From Nitrospirota bacterium (GTDB lineage: Bacteria; Nitrospirota; Nitrospiria; SBBL01; JAADHI01), in contig JAJDBU010000048.1 of assembly GCA_029261195.1 (NCBI GenBank), positions 5,814-69,813 on the forward strand: DNA of 64,000 nt, in the 5' to 3' direction. The notes beneath the pieces are model-generated. The model had not been told where the DNA came from and did no database searches. It worked only from the letters and a program-made list of their open reading frames with translations. The first letter of the stretch is position 1. Each line of letters starts with the position of its first letter. Shown here piece by piece: positions 35,150-45,101 of this stretch. The position numbers were made by a program, and so were the translations under genes.

Positions 35150-35590
35150 ATGAAAAAGAGCACAATGTCCTTATTATGCTTGATGGCAAGCCCTTTTCTC
35201 CTCCATGTCCCATCGGCCCAGGCCCTCACCGGTCCCGCCCCCAATGTCACACAAACGGCACCACGGGGTAAGACCAACACCAATACCCCTGCGCCACAAT
35301 CCGGCAAGGGCAACCGTAATGCGGTGAATCAGGATTCAACAAACGGAAATAACACAAACCTCACTTCTCAGCAAGGCGATAACAACATCAATCAAGTCGA
35401 TCAAAAGGCCGGGGGAAACAACAAGGCCTCTGTCACCCAGTCCGGAGAGGGCAACACGCTCGACGTTCAGCAGACAGGTGGGAGCAACAAGTTGAATGTT
35501 AAGCAAAGCGGAAAGTCCACAATCCGCATCATCCAGAAATCGAACGGCACAACAGGCAGCAATTCCGCCACTGTTGTTCAAAGGCCCTAG
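35150..35590 (+). CDS. Curlin-repeat protein 3 (N/Q-rich, most CsgA-like)
   Basis: Signal peptide, then 11-residue-period QxGxxNxxxVx units: SQQGDNNINQVDQKAGGNNKASVTQSGEGNTLDVQQTGGSNKLNVKQSG. Confidence 0.8.
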   Translation: MKKSTMSLLCLMASPFLLHVPSAQALTGPAPNVTQTAPRGKTNTNTPAPQSGKGNRNAVNQDSTNGNNTNLTSQQGDNNINQVDQKAGGNNKASVTQSGEGNTLDVQQTGGSNKLNVKQSGKSTIRIIQKSNGTTGSNSATVVQRP

Positions 35591-35638
35591 TTTTTTTAGT
35601 TTTCGATTATAAACCAGCAAATGAAGGAGGGGGATGTC

Positions 35639-36361
35639 ATGAAAATTTTGTCCAGCATTTTAGCAATTGGGATAGCGATACTTTTGGTCATTAGCGCCGC
35701 AATGGCGGGAAACGTAGCGGATATCGAACAAGTGGCTCCGGGCAACACTGCGACAAGCATCCAGACCGGAGACCTCAATCATATCGAATCGATCCAGGAG
35801 ACCGGCGGCACCAATTTTCTGGATGCCGAACAGGTGGGCAACAACCATGTACTAGACTTGGACCAGGATTCACCCACAGGATCGGCCGGAAAAAATACCG
35901 CCACCATCAATCAGGAAGTAAGCGGCGCCGCTGCCAACGCAGATAGTGCGCGCATTAAGCAAACAACAAAATCCACCTTAAGCGGCATTACGAATAGCGC
36001 AACGGTCACACAAAAGGGAGGTGGAAACAAACTCAGGGCCGCCCTGTCCAGCGGAAATATCAGCGCTGCGGTTACTTCAACTGCTAAGCAGGAGGCCACC
36101 GGCGCAGCCGCTACCGCCATTAATAAATTGCTGGTTTTGCAGGAAGGCGGCAACAATGATATCGGTCTTTTCCAAAAGGGCTCCGACCTGAACGATGCCG
36201 ACATCGTTCAGAAATCAGGGAGCAATGACTTGGGGGCCTATCAGCTCACCACCACGGGAAAGAACGAACTCGAAGTGGATCAACTGACAGGAGGCAACAG
36301 CGCCAAATTGATTCAAAAGACCGGTGGCACAGGGGACAACTGGGCCAAAATTATCCAATAA
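35639..36361 (+). CDS. Curlin-repeat protein 4 (track ORF starts at 35621)
   Basis: Signal peptide MKILSSILAIGIAILLVISAAMAG, then IEQVAPGNTATSIQTGDLNHIESIQETGGTNFLDAEQVGNNH repeats. A GGAGG RBS favours ATG 35639. Confidence 0.75.
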   Translation: MKILSSILAIGIAILLVISAAMAGNVADIEQVAPGNTATSIQTGDLNHIESIQETGGTNFLDAEQVGNNHVLDLDQDSPTGSAGKNTATINQEVSGAAANADSARIKQTTKSTLSGITNSATVTQKGGGNKLRAALSSGNISAAVTSTAKQEATGAAATAINKLLVLQEGGNNDIGLFQKGSDLNDADIVQKSGSNDLGAYQLTTTGKNELEVDQLTGGNSAKLIQKTGGTGDNWAKIIQ

Positions 36362-36724
36362 AGAAGGCCTACAGTCCCCAACACACAGGTAATTTATATC
36401 AGGACCTGTTGTTCCTCGTGCCTGAGCGATCAATAAAAAAGGTGTGGAGCAACGACATCCGTGCGCCTGCAAACCACAATATTACAATAGAATCGTGGTA
36501 AACCCGACCACCCGACTATGAATTATTCATCTCTGAATTTGTCTTCAGCAGGGTGTTGAACCACCGATCAGTTTTTAAACTCACTATGCACAGTAATATC
36601 TTGCCTGTCTTTTCCTCACCCAAACGATTTTTATCGCTTAAAGGTGAAAAACAAGGTTCGGTATGATAATATCGCGCCGCTTTATTAAAGGCGCGTTCAA
36701 AAATTATTAAAAAAAAGGGGCAGG

Positions 36725-37189
36725 ATGAAACGAATTATATTCTTGAGTCTGTTAAGTTTTTTGTTCGGATTGACCAACATCACCGATGCCGCCACGATCG
36801 ACCCCATGAACCTGGAACGTACAATCAAGAGGGCGACGGCTCTCGTCGCGCCTTCCGAAAATGCAAATGTTTCCTACGATGCTGCGAAGGAACATGTTTC
36901 CCTTTCATTTAGTACAAGCCCGGATTATCAAGAAGCGACTGTCGATGCCTATCGTCGCTGGCGCATTAATCAGTGGTCTGTACTGCAGGAGTTTATGCTA
37001 TCAAGAATTCCCGTCAAAACCATCTCGGTAGAAACCAATCGCATTGAGGATGGAACGCTTGTGCGCTATACACATTCCAAAAGACACTCCGATAAATATG
37101 GCGATATTCACGGCAATAAATTATGGCTGAGAACCGGGCGGGTCATGGAAAAATCTGCGGGTTCGGATACCTGGGAAAAAGTAAAGTGA
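36725..37189 (+). CDS. Hypothetical secreted protein
   Basis: 154 aa with a signal peptide. No family recognised. Confidence 0.45.
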   Translation: MKRIIFLSLLSFLFGLTNITDAATIDPMNLERTIKRATALVAPSENANVSYDAAKEHVSLSFSTSPDYQEATVDAYRRWRINQWSVLQEFMLSRIPVKTISVETNRIEDGTLVRYTHSKRHSDKYGDIHGNKLWLRTGRVMEKSAGSDTWEKVK

Positions 37190-37322
37190 AGTAGGGTGAA
37201 GTGAAGTAATGACTTCGTAATCAAAGCTTCCCAAAGCCGGTACTTGCGTTATCGTCCGACAGGCTCCTAGACCACCTGCTATAATTTCCATATAAACGCT
37301 GAAATGAATCGGAGGAAAACGA

Positions 37323-37688
37323 GTGAAACAGATTTCGCTTATATTGGTATTGGTCTCAATATTAGTGCCTGGGTCCTACCCTTCAAATGCAAATGCCGAC
37401 ATACGTCATCTCCAGATTTCACCCGTTGGCCGTAACTACGCAAGCATGTCAATGGGTGAACGCATCTTCTATGTAACGGGTGTGGTGCATGGCATGACAC
37501 TCGCCAGGCCGATGGAAGAGGGCGATGATATGGTGCCCTGGCTACATGGGTGCATCGCCAAGAAGCAGCCATATCAACTGGATGTGATTGTTGCGGGATA
37601 TATTTCAAATCACCCCGAACTCTACGACGCAAGTCTTGATGTCGTCACTTTCCTGGCATTTAAAAAATCCTGCCGAAAAAAAAGATAA
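37323..37688 (+). CDS. Hypothetical secreted protein
   Basis: 121 aa. GTG start with a GGAGGA RBS, and a signal peptide. No family recognised. Confidence 0.4.
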   Translation: MKQISLILVLVSILVPGSYPSNANADIRHLQISPVGRNYASMSMGERIFYVTGVVHGMTLARPMEEGDDMVPWLHGCIAKKQPYQLDVIVAGYISNHPELYDASLDVVTFLAFKKSCRKKR

Positions 37689-37733
37689 AGCGAGCGTCAT
37701 TCTTTCGTCTTGAATGAAGGTGTGGTAAAGCGC

Positions 37734-38324
37734 CTATATTCCAAGAGCCGTTTTGATCAGCGCTAAGGCCTCGGGGGGCAGGTCAAGGGCAAGAGCCGCA
37801 CGATGACCGGACGGCGTCATTTTTTTCCAGGTTTTTTGGATTACAGGAATCATCTTTTCTGCATTGTACTTCTTTGAAAAATCAGCAAAATAACTTTCTA
37901 AAAAAACGAGACAGATCACATCCTCCAAAACCTGCATCTCCGGATCGATTTTCAGATGTTTTTTCAGCAGGAAGCCCTCGACACGCTGGATCGTCTTTTC
38001 ATCGTATCCGACTTCAGCCAGGATTTCACAGGCCTTGTCGGCATGAAAGCGATTTAAAATCGTCCGCCACTGATGATAACCCTTGCGATCCATCGGATAA
38101 TCTGTGCGGGGAATTTTCCACCGGGCGATGTGCTGGCTTCGGGCAGCAAGCTTTAGCGCTTCCGAAGCATCGGGTGCATGGCGCTTAAGCCACCGGCTCA
38201 TCCGTTGGGCATAAAGCAGCTCCTTCGGGATGACCTTCCCTTTCAGGCTCTCGTGATTCGGATCTTCTCGATTGACCGCATCAAAACGGGCGATTGCATT
38301 TTCATAACGATCTGTTTTTGTCAT
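37734..38324 (-). CDS. DUF4202-like protein
   Basis: 196 aa. The N-terminal RYENAIARFDAVNREDPN pattern and helical composition resemble DUF4202. Recognition is by memory only. Confidence 0.45.
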   Translation of the reverse strand: MTKTDRYENAIARFDAVNREDPNHESLKGKVIPKELLYAQRMSRWLKRHAPDASEALKLAARSQHIARWKIPRTDYPMDRKGYHQWRTILNRFHADKACEILAEVGYDEKTIQRVEGFLLKKHLKIDPEMQVLEDVICLVFLESYFADFSKKYNAEKMIPVIQKTWKKMTPSGHRAALALDLPPEALALIKTALGI

Positions 38325-38355
38325 TGTATTTTTTCGCTCAGATTTAAAGAAGGCT

Positions 38356-38715
38356 TTATGCCATTTTCCCGACCAGGCTCTCCAGTGGAATATTCAGATG
38401 AGCGTGTAGCTTCCGAATCATATTGAGCGATAAGTTTCTTTGGTGATTAAGAATTTCAGAAACGCGACCTCGTTTTCCGATATAGGGTTCTAATTCTTTT
38501 CGAGACACATTCATTTGTTCCATTCGAAATTTAATGGCTTCCACCGGGTCGGGTGAATCAATCGCATGGTGTTTTCTTTCATAATCGTCCACTAAAATTA
38601 AAAGAATATCCAGCTTGTTTCCTGCTGTCGTATTCTCTTCCGCACCCCACAACTGATCAATCTCAGCGAGAGCGCTTTCATAATCAAGTTCTGTTTTGAT
38701 GGGGTAAATATTCAT
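38356..38715 (-). CDS. higA: HigA-family HTH (XRE) antitoxin
   Basis: 119 aa. The C-terminal HTH RKELEPYIGKRGRVSEILNHQRNLSLNMIRKL, located immediately downstream of higB. Confidence 0.7.
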   Translation of the reverse strand: MNIYPIKTELDYESALAEIDQLWGAEENTTAGNKLDILLILVDDYERKHHAIDSPDPVEAIKFRMEQMNVSRKELEPYIGKRGRVSEILNHQRNLSLNMIRKLHAHLNIPLESLVGKMA

Positions 38716-39017
38716 TAAACTTCCTCCGCATTAACCTTGTTATATTGTTTATGCGTTCCAATAAATTTGATAAAAAGGGTTTGTCGAATATAATCAAGGG
38801 CAACAATAAGTCTATATTTGTTGCCCCCGATGTTAAAAACAACAGGACTATTTTTTAGAATACTGGCCGAACGAAATTGAGATTTAATGTCTTGAGGGCT
38901 TTGCCAGCGGGCCGTCAGTGCTTCCGCATGCCAGGCCTCAAGTGGCCCTTTTGAATCCGCATATTGTTGCGATGACACCCAGAACCGCCATAAAGTGCGT
39001 TTTGCTATAATTCTCAC
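38715..39017 (-). CDS. higB: HigB-family mRNA interferase toxin (GTG start; track ORF extends to 39104)
   Basis: VRIIAKRTLWRFW...WHAEALTARWQSPQDIKSQFRSASILKN..VVFNIGGNKYRLIV...IKFIGTHKQY, typical of the HigB_toxin family. 1-nt overlap with higA. Confidence 0.7.
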   Translation of the reverse strand: MRIIAKRTLWRFWVSSQQYADSKGPLEAWHAEALTARWQSPQDIKSQFRSASILKNSPVVFNIGGNKYRLIVALDYIRQTLFIKFIGTHKQYNKVNAEEV

Positions 39018-39107
39018 GGTTATAACACGGTCCCGAATTGGGAGCAACGATGAAGAGGCTAAGTCATATATTCTCGTTGGAGAAAACAAGACGGTCTCCA
39101 TCATTTC

Positions 39108-39332
39108 TCAGGGGGACTTCCGAGAAATAACCACTTCGATAGCTTCTGCTTTGAGGACGTCGTTTTCCGCTTTGAGTTCCTGAACCGCCTGAAGGGTCAT
39201 CCATTTAATGCTTTCGTAATCCAGGGTCAGAAAACCGTCTTCTTTTTGTCCGACCAATTCGGGGGCAACTTCCTGTACTTCCTGAGCGATTAAACCCAGA
39301 TAGGTCTTGCCTTTTGGACCCCGATTTTTTGA
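39108..39332 (-). pseudogene. Remnant of a tail-fibre/endosialidase intramolecular chaperone (Peptidase S74) domain, C-terminal 74 codons only
   Basis: Hand translation: SKNRGPKGKTYLGLIAQEVQEVAPELVGQKEDGFLTLDYESIKWMTLQAVQELKAENDVLKAE. This shows the GxIAQEVxxxxPELV...DY motif. An in-frame TAA lies directly upstream and there is no start codon. Confidence 0.55.
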
Positions 39333-39419
39333 TTAAAGGAATTCTCTCTTTCATGCACAAGATCGGGAAGCCCGTCCCTCGTTTATACTGAAACGGACTT
39401 CCCGTGAAATGTGAACCCG

Positions 39420-39656
39420 CTATTTCAGAGCAGAAAGATCTGCGCCAAAGTTGATATGGTAGGCATTTCCACTCATCACCAGTGCTGGAACCGATTTCAC
39501 GCCTTCTTTTTCGGCTTCCTGAATGCGTGAATTGTTTTCGCCCAGATGGATGACCTCAACATTGAATTTTTCGGGGTCAAGTGCATTGGCAACATTTTTT
39601 TCTGCATCCTGACAAACTGCACAACCGGCATGGTAAAACTTGACATTTGTTTTCAT
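39420..39656 (-). CDS. Small thioredoxin/glutaredoxin-fold protein
   Basis: 78 aa. CAVC redox motif near the N-terminus (KFYHAGCAVCQDAE) and a VPALV cis-Pro context. Confidence 0.6.
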   Translation of the reverse strand: MKTNVKFYHAGCAVCQDAEKNVANALDPEKFNVEVIHLGENNSRIQEAEKEGVKSVPALVMSGNAYHINFGADLSALK

Positions 39657-39706
39657 GTAATCCTCCTTGAATTAGAATAGTGATTGATGAAAAAGATCAA
39701 ACACCA

Positions 39707-40210
39707 TTATTTTTGTATCGATTCCTGAACAACATTGATTGTTGCCGACGTTGTAAACTGAGCGCCATTCAGGGTATGTAGCGCCAAGCCACTGCCAGCG
39801 AAATTCACTGTTGTTGAGTGGGTTGCCTTCACATCATTGGAAAACTGCATCACGGAAATCGCATATTGTTTTCCGCCAATCTCGCCAATCAAGACATTGC
39901 CATGTGCCGCATCCGGTTTTTTATTCAGATGATATTCATGGAAGACCACGACTTCTACCGGCTTGCTTGCGGTATAAGTCAGCGTACCGGTGAAAATCTT
40001 GCCCGGTTCCGGGGGTAAAAGAAGAGCCAATTGATGCGCCCCATGACCCGGAATCGGATCGACGATAGAAATCATTGTGACTTGTTTAATCACTTTTTTT
40101 GCTGAGCCCGAACCGGCATATGCAGGTGCAAGCAATGCAAACAGAGGAACCATCAACCCAACAAGCATAAGATTCAAACGCATGTTGTTGGATGTCTTTT
40201 TATTTGTCAT
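39707..40210 (-). CDS. Hypothetical secreted protein
   Basis: 167 aa, signal peptide ending AYAGS. No family recognised. Confidence 0.45.
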   Translation of the reverse strand: MTNKKTSNNMRLNLMLVGLMVPLFALLAPAYAGSGSAKKVIKQVTMISIVDPIPGHGAHQLALLLPPEPGKIFTGTLTYTASKPVEVVVFHEYHLNKKPDAAHGNVLIGEIGGKQYAISVMQFSNDVKATHSTTVNFAGSGLALHTLNGAQFTTSATINVVQESIQK

Positions 40211-40339
40211 TTTTTCTCCCTATAATTTGAGTTGATTTATTGCCAAGTTGATCTTCTTGACAGCGGGAGTATAATGTGGCGGAAGGAATTCCAAAAGTAA
40301 GTACATTCTGGTCACATAAGCACAAAATGGTCTAATTTC

Positions 40340-40678
40340 ATGAAAACAATTGAGAAAAAAAGTTTTGAAGAACCAAACACTCTTCCAGTAAATGCAATGG
40401 TGGAGAGCATTATCGGGTGTAAATGGTCGCTTCGGGTGATGGAGTTGATCCGAAATGAGGTCAATCGTCCTGGAGAAATGCAAAGGCGCACACCCGGATT
40501 ATCGACCAAGGTACTCAATGAACGGCTAAATAAGCTGATGCGGTTTGGAATTCTTGAAAAGACGATCTATCCCGTGACACCCCCTCATGTTGAATATAAA
40601 CTCACTCCCTTTGGAAGAAAGTTTTCCTCTCTGCTTGATCAAATCGAAAGACTCCAAAAAGAAATTGAACAGACCTAA
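40340..40678 (+). CDS. HxlR-family winged-helix transcriptional regulator
   Basis: CKWSLRVMELIRNEVNRPGEMQRRTPGLSTKVLNERLNKLMRFGILEK...VEYKLTPFG. Confidence 0.75.
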   Translation: MKTIEKKSFEEPNTLPVNAMVESIIGCKWSLRVMELIRNEVNRPGEMQRRTPGLSTKVLNERLNKLMRFGILEKTIYPVTPPHVEYKLTPFGRKFSSLLDQIERLQKEIEQT

Positions 40679-41059
40679 GAATTTAGTTTGATTTTGTTCT
40701 CAAATTGTGGGGCCAAGAGGGGTAGGCTTGTTTCTGCGGAGGCAGTGTGCCCTCCGGCTAAAACCGATCTTATCAAGAAACAACGGCCACTCACCATCAG
40801 GAAATATCGACCCACTTTTCTTTTCATCATTACTCCTTTTTTTAAGGGATCTGTAAAAAAATTTAAAAGTGGTCTTCAAGGTCATTCCGCTATGTTTTTA
40901 GCCGAGGCCCAAAATCTTTACTCATGCACTTGATTTACGGGAATCATTTCAATGGCTACAGATTGAGCGAATTTTTTTGATGTTGCCCTCAAGTCGGTTT
41001 TGATACAATGCCCGCACAGATGCAATAAGCTGATTGTTTGGAAGGGAGAGACGGACCTT

Positions 41060-41344
41060 ATGAAAGATTTGATTTTAACGAATGCTCAAGAGATTCTTCA
41101 GACCCTTTCAAAAATTGAGTTGAAGGGGAAAGGTTTTGTGAGCGAATGCCTTGTCGGCGAAGTCATGGATGCCGGGATCTCGAATCCGGATTTCTTCAAG
41201 GCCTCAGGGGAAGATCCGGATGCCTATTACGACGGGCAAGCAAATGCCTGGTCCGATATTCAGGTTCGAGAAAGCAAGAAAGTCTTCATGGTCTACGGCG
41301 GCTCGGGAAAAACCCGCCGCTCCCACATCGCCGATACGCCTTAA
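41060..41344 (+). CDS. Hypothetical protein
   Basis: 94 aa from ATG 41060 (GGGAGAG upstream). No family recognised. Confidence 0.35.
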   Translation: MKDLILTNAQEILQTLSKIELKGKGFVSECLVGEVMDAGISNPDFFKASGEDPDAYYDGQANAWSDIQVRESKKVFMVYGGSGKTRRSHIADTP

Positions 41345-41367
41345 TTCCCTCCTCTGATCAATCTTCC

Positions 41368-42321
41368 ATGAGCCTCTCAGTTACATTGAATAACCGCCCA
41401 ACAAAAAAAATTCTGGTTGTCGGTGCGGGTGCGGTTGGCGGCTATTTCGGGGCTCTCCTCTTTCGATCCGGGGCCGATGTCACCTTTCTTGTTCGTCCAA
41501 AGACCTATGACCGCATCTCAGCTGATGGCCTTGAGATCAGGAGTGCCGATGGCGATTTCCACGTCCACCCTCCATTGATTCAAGATGTCTCTGAATGTAG
41601 CGCGGTTGATCTGATCATCCTGTCCGTCAAATGTTTTGACCTTGAGGCAGTCTTGGAATCGCTTCAAACACTGATAAAAAACGGGTCGATTTTATTGACC
41701 CTGCAAAACGGCATTACGGCGGAGGAAGAAATTCTGGCCGTTTACCCAGAGGCCTCTTTGCTCGCCGGCGTCGCCTTTATCACCGCCAAGCGGCTTTCAC
41801 CCGGCGTCATTGTGCATTCGGAAAACGGCATGATTGCGCTGGGGGAATTATCGGGTGAAAAATCACCCAGAGCCTTAGCCGTTTATGAATTACTTTCAAG
41901 TGCAGGGATTTCCTGTTTTTTGAAATCTAATATTCGCCGGACCAAGTGGGAAAAACTCTGCTGGAACGCCACCTTCAACCCGCTCTCTGTTATTCTTGAT
42001 CATCCGGTTTCCCTCATCCTGGATTCGGAGGCACTGCTTACGATTGTGCGGGAAGGGATTCGAGAAATCATTCGAGTTGCCGCCGCAGAGGGAATGATCC
42101 TAAGTGAAAAGGTCGTCGAAACGACAATCAGCGTCACGGCGGCGCTTCGGGATTATTACACCTCAATGTACGAGGATTACCACCATGGCACACAGACGGA
42201 GATTGAATACTTGAACGGCGAAGTCATTCGTCGGGGGAAAAAACACGGGATTCCGACACCCACGCACAATATGCTCTATCGTCTGATCAAGGGTTTGGAA
42301 ATGAAGCGGCGGCTTAAATGA
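41368..42321 (+). CDS. panE: 2-dehydropantoate 2-reductase (PanE/ApbA family); the track ORF 41146-42321 over-extends the N-terminus
   Basis: KILVVGAGAVGGYFGALLFRSGADVTFLVR Rossmann motif, a KxxKWEKLxxN motif (RRTKWEKLCWNATFNPLS), and YLNGEVIRRGKKHGIPTP. Confidence 0.8.
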   Translation: MSLSVTLNNRPTKKILVVGAGAVGGYFGALLFRSGADVTFLVRPKTYDRISADGLEIRSADGDFHVHPPLIQDVSECSAVDLIILSVKCFDLEAVLESLQTLIKNGSILLTLQNGITAEEEILAVYPEASLLAGVAFITAKRLSPGVIVHSENGMIALGELSGEKSPRALAVYELLSSAGISCFLKSNIRRTKWEKLCWNATFNPLSVILDHPVSLILDSEALLTIVREGIREIIRVAAAEGMILSEKVVETTISVTAALRDYYTSMYEDYHHGTQTEIEYLNGEVIRRGKKHGIPTPTHNMLYRLIKGLEMKRRLK

Positions 42322-43031
42322 CCCCGATAAAAACAGCATCAATCAAAGGGATTTTTTTTGATGCAGGAGATACCCTGTTTGAGGCGAAAGAAAGCATCGG
42401 CACTTCCTATAGCCGATTTGCAGCGAAGCACGGCGTGCAACAAGATGCTGAAATGCTTAATGGGCGTTTTAAGACCGCTTTCAGTCAAAGTCCTCCCTTG
42501 TCTTTTCCCGGCTTGGCGGATCAGGAGAGAAGAAGACTTGAATTCCTTTGGTGGCGACGGGTGGCACGATCCGTTTTCGAGAACATTCATTTTGAGGACT
42601 TTGATCTTTTTTTTGAGGATCTTTACCAGTTTTATGAACAAGAGGCTGCCTGGCAACTTTTTCCGGAGACGAAACAGGTGCTATCCGATCTAAAAATGAA
42701 GGGTTATTTTCTCGGCATCATTTCAAACTTTGACTCAAGACTGCCCGCCATTTGTACTTTGCTCGGCATTCAAGATGATTTTGATGATATCCTCTTTTCG
42801 AGCCGGGAGGGTTTTGCCAAACCGGCCCCTGAATTTTTTGAACTCGGACTGAAACGGGCGGGACTTGAGGCCTCCGAAACAATCCATGTGGGCGACAGCA
42901 TAAAACACGACATGGCAGGTGCAGAAAAAGTCGGGATCATGCCCATTTTGCTCGACCGCAGAGGCGATGCATCTGCACCTTATCAAGGCAGACGCATCGC
43001 CACGCTTTCAGGCATCTTTCAGTATTTGTAA
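42318..43031 (+). CDS. HAD-superfamily hydrolase (subfamily IA)
   Basis: GIFFDAGDTLF (the DxD-type motif I), ISNFDS (motif II) and HVGDSIKHDMAGA (motif IV). Confidence 0.75.
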   Translation: MTPIKTASIKGIFFDAGDTLFEAKESIGTSYSRFAAKHGVQQDAEMLNGRFKTAFSQSPPLSFPGLADQERRRLEFLWWRRVARSVFENIHFEDFDLFFEDLYQFYEQEAAWQLFPETKQVLSDLKMKGYFLGIISNFDSRLPAICTLLGIQDDFDDILFSSREGFAKPAPEFFELGLKRAGLEASETIHVGDSIKHDMAGAEKVGIMPILLDRRGDASAPYQGRRIATLSGIFQYL

Positions 43032-43043
43032 GAGCAAAAGAAA

Positions 43044-45101
43044 TTGTCCCCGCAAAATACTCTCATAAAAAGAACATGGGCCAATACCCCGAAAATACTC
43101 CGATACATCCTCTTGCTTGTCGGAAGCCTGACCAGCCTCTTTGCGCTGCTGCGCTTGATCTTCTGGATGATTTACGGGGACGCCAATGCACCCCTGTCCA
43201 CAGGTGATTTTTTTCAGGCCATGTGGCTCGGTCTTCGTTTTGATCTTCGCATCGCCATCACCATCATTCTGCCTTTGTTTTTTCTCGGCTGGATCAAGGC
43301 CCTGAACCCCTTTGCCTCAAGGGCATTTCATGCCATTTGGCAGTCCTACCTCGCGCTTGCTTTTTCCCTTATCGCGATGTTCTACATCGTCGATTTCGGC
43401 CATTACGCCTACCTGAACTCCCGACTCGATTTTACAGCAACCCGGTTTTTAGAAGATGCAGCCATCTCTGCCGTGATGGTCTGGGAAAGCTATCCCCTTG
43501 TGTGGATTTTACTTGCCTATGCTGCTGTCATTTTTGGATTCGTCTGTCTGATAAAACAATTTCACAAGCGGGTCGCCTTAAGTTCACCCAAAACACTGAC
43601 ACGCCCACGGGGAGCGCTTGTCGGATTCATTGCTTTTTTATTGATCGGACTCGGCATCCACGGCAGATTTTCTCAATATCCCCTGCGCTGGTCTGAAGCG
43701 GCATTCAGCAAACACCCCTTTGCAGCGCAGTTGACTTATAATCCCGTCCACTATTTTTTTGATACATGGAAAAACGGTCGAGTCAATTATGATCTTGAAG
43801 CAACAAGGGAAAGTTACGAACGCATTGCAGATTTCCTGGGCGTTGCAGATGAAGATAAAGACCCTTCGTCCCTATACTATCAACGACACGTCCCTGCGAA
43901 GACCGGTCTCGGTAACCAGCCGAATATCATCTTAATCCTGGTCGAATCCTATGCTTCCTACAAAACTTCATTATCCGGAAACCCGCTTGACCCGACACCT
44001 TTTACGCAATCAGTCGCCGATCAGGGCTATTATTTTAAAAACTTTTTCACGCCTTCTACCGGCACCGCTCGCTCCGTTTTTACAACCATCACCGGTATGC
44101 CGGATGTGGAACTCGTCGGGACATCCAGCCGAAACCCCCTGATTGTTGATCAACACAGCATCATGAATGAATTTACAGGATATGAAAAATATTATTTTAT
44201 TGGCGGATCGGCTTCATGGGGTAATATTCGGGGCATTTTGACAAAGAATATTGAAGGGCTGAAGCTCTACGAAGAGGGCGATTACAGTTCGCCACGCAAC
44301 GATGTTTGGGGCATTTCGGATATTGACCTCTTCCGCGAAGCCCATGCCCTACTCGAAAAAGAGGACAAACCCTTCATTGCCATCATTCAAACATCGGGCA
44401 ACCACCGCCCCTACACCATTCCGGATGAAAGTTACGGATTTAAACTCCGGCATCCGGGTGATGAGCAGGTGCAATCCTACGGTTTTCAGGATGAAGAAGA
44501 ATTCAACGCCTACCGTTTAATGGATCATTCCATTGCACATTTTTCTGCGCTGGCAAAAAAAACAGGCTATGACAAGAATACGATTTTTGCCTTGTGGGGC
44601 GATCACGGCATTGATGGCTTTACAGGCGAGCACACATTTAAAGGAGAAAGTACCTCCTACTTAGGCTTGGGCTCATACCGGGTGCCGCTTGTGATCTGGG
44701 CTCCTGAACTGATTGCAGAGCCAAAAGTCTTTGATACGGTGGTATCGGAGGTCGATGTCATGGCGAGTATCGCGGGCTTAGTCGGGCAGGAGTACACGGC
44801 AACGACAATGGGCCGTGATATATTTGATCGGCGCTATGATGATCGGCGTTATGCCTTTACGATACAGCACTCGACGCCGCCCCGCATCGGCTTGATCGGG
44901 GAGGACCACTACTTTAATATCCTGGCGGATGGTACCCATGGCGGATTGTATGCGATTCGCAGTGATACGCCGCGTGAGGACCTGAGTTCCCAACATCCGG
45001 AACTGGCAAAAAAAATAAAATCCCTCACTTTCGCGTATTATAAAACTGCGCAATACATGCTGCATCACAACGAACAGTCACAGGTCAAAAGAGGACAATG
45101 A
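43044..45101 (+). CDS. LTA-synthase/sulfatase-family membrane protein (phosphoglycerol-transferase-like)
   Basis: 685 aa. N-terminal multi-TM region and a C-terminal sulfatase fold (LVESYASY, TGTARSVF, SGNHRPY, WGDHG). Non-ATG (TTG) start. Confidence 0.75.
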   Translation: MSPQNTLIKRTWANTPKILRYILLLVGSLTSLFALLRLIFWMIYGDANAPLSTGDFFQAMWLGLRFDLRIAITIILPLFFLGWIKALNPFASRAFHAIWQSYLALAFSLIAMFYIVDFGHYAYLNSRLDFTATRFLEDAAISAVMVWESYPLVWILLAYAAVIFGFVCLIKQFHKRVALSSPKTLTRPRGALVGFIAFLLIGLGIHGRFSQYPLRWSEAAFSKHPFAAQLTYNPVHYFFDTWKNGRVNYDLEATRESYERIADFLGVADEDKDPSSLYYQRHVPAKTGLGNQPNIILILVESYASYKTSLSGNPLDPTPFTQSVADQGYYFKNFFTPSTGTARSVFTTITGMPDVELVGTSSRNPLIVDQHSIMNEFTGYEKYYFIGGSASWGNIRGILTKNIEGLKLYEEGDYSSPRNDVWGISDIDLFREAHALLEKEDKPFIAIIQTSGNHRPYTIPDESYGFKLRHPGDEQVQSYGFQDEEEFNAYRLMDHSIAHFSALAKKTGYDKNTIFALWGDHGIDGFTGEHTFKGESTSYLGLGSYRVPLVIWAPELIAEPKVFDTVVSEVDVMASIAGLVGQEYTATTMGRDIFDRRYDDRRYAFTIQHSTPPRIGLIGEDHYFNILADGTHGGLYAIRSDTPREDLSSQHPELAKKIKSLTFAYYKTAQYMLHHNEQSQVKRGQ

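Noticed and set aside
41146-41367. N-terminal 74-aa extension of the PanE ORF (track start 41146), and similar extensions of cmr3 (to 13734), cmr6 (to 11143) and curlin 2 (from 34260)
   Set aside because: The extensions overlap upstream genes or intergenic sequence and read as Arg/Cys-rich nonsense. Internal starts give canonical N-termini (Rossmann motif, Cmr3 LTPLD motif, signal peptide), with RBSs or ATGA coupling.
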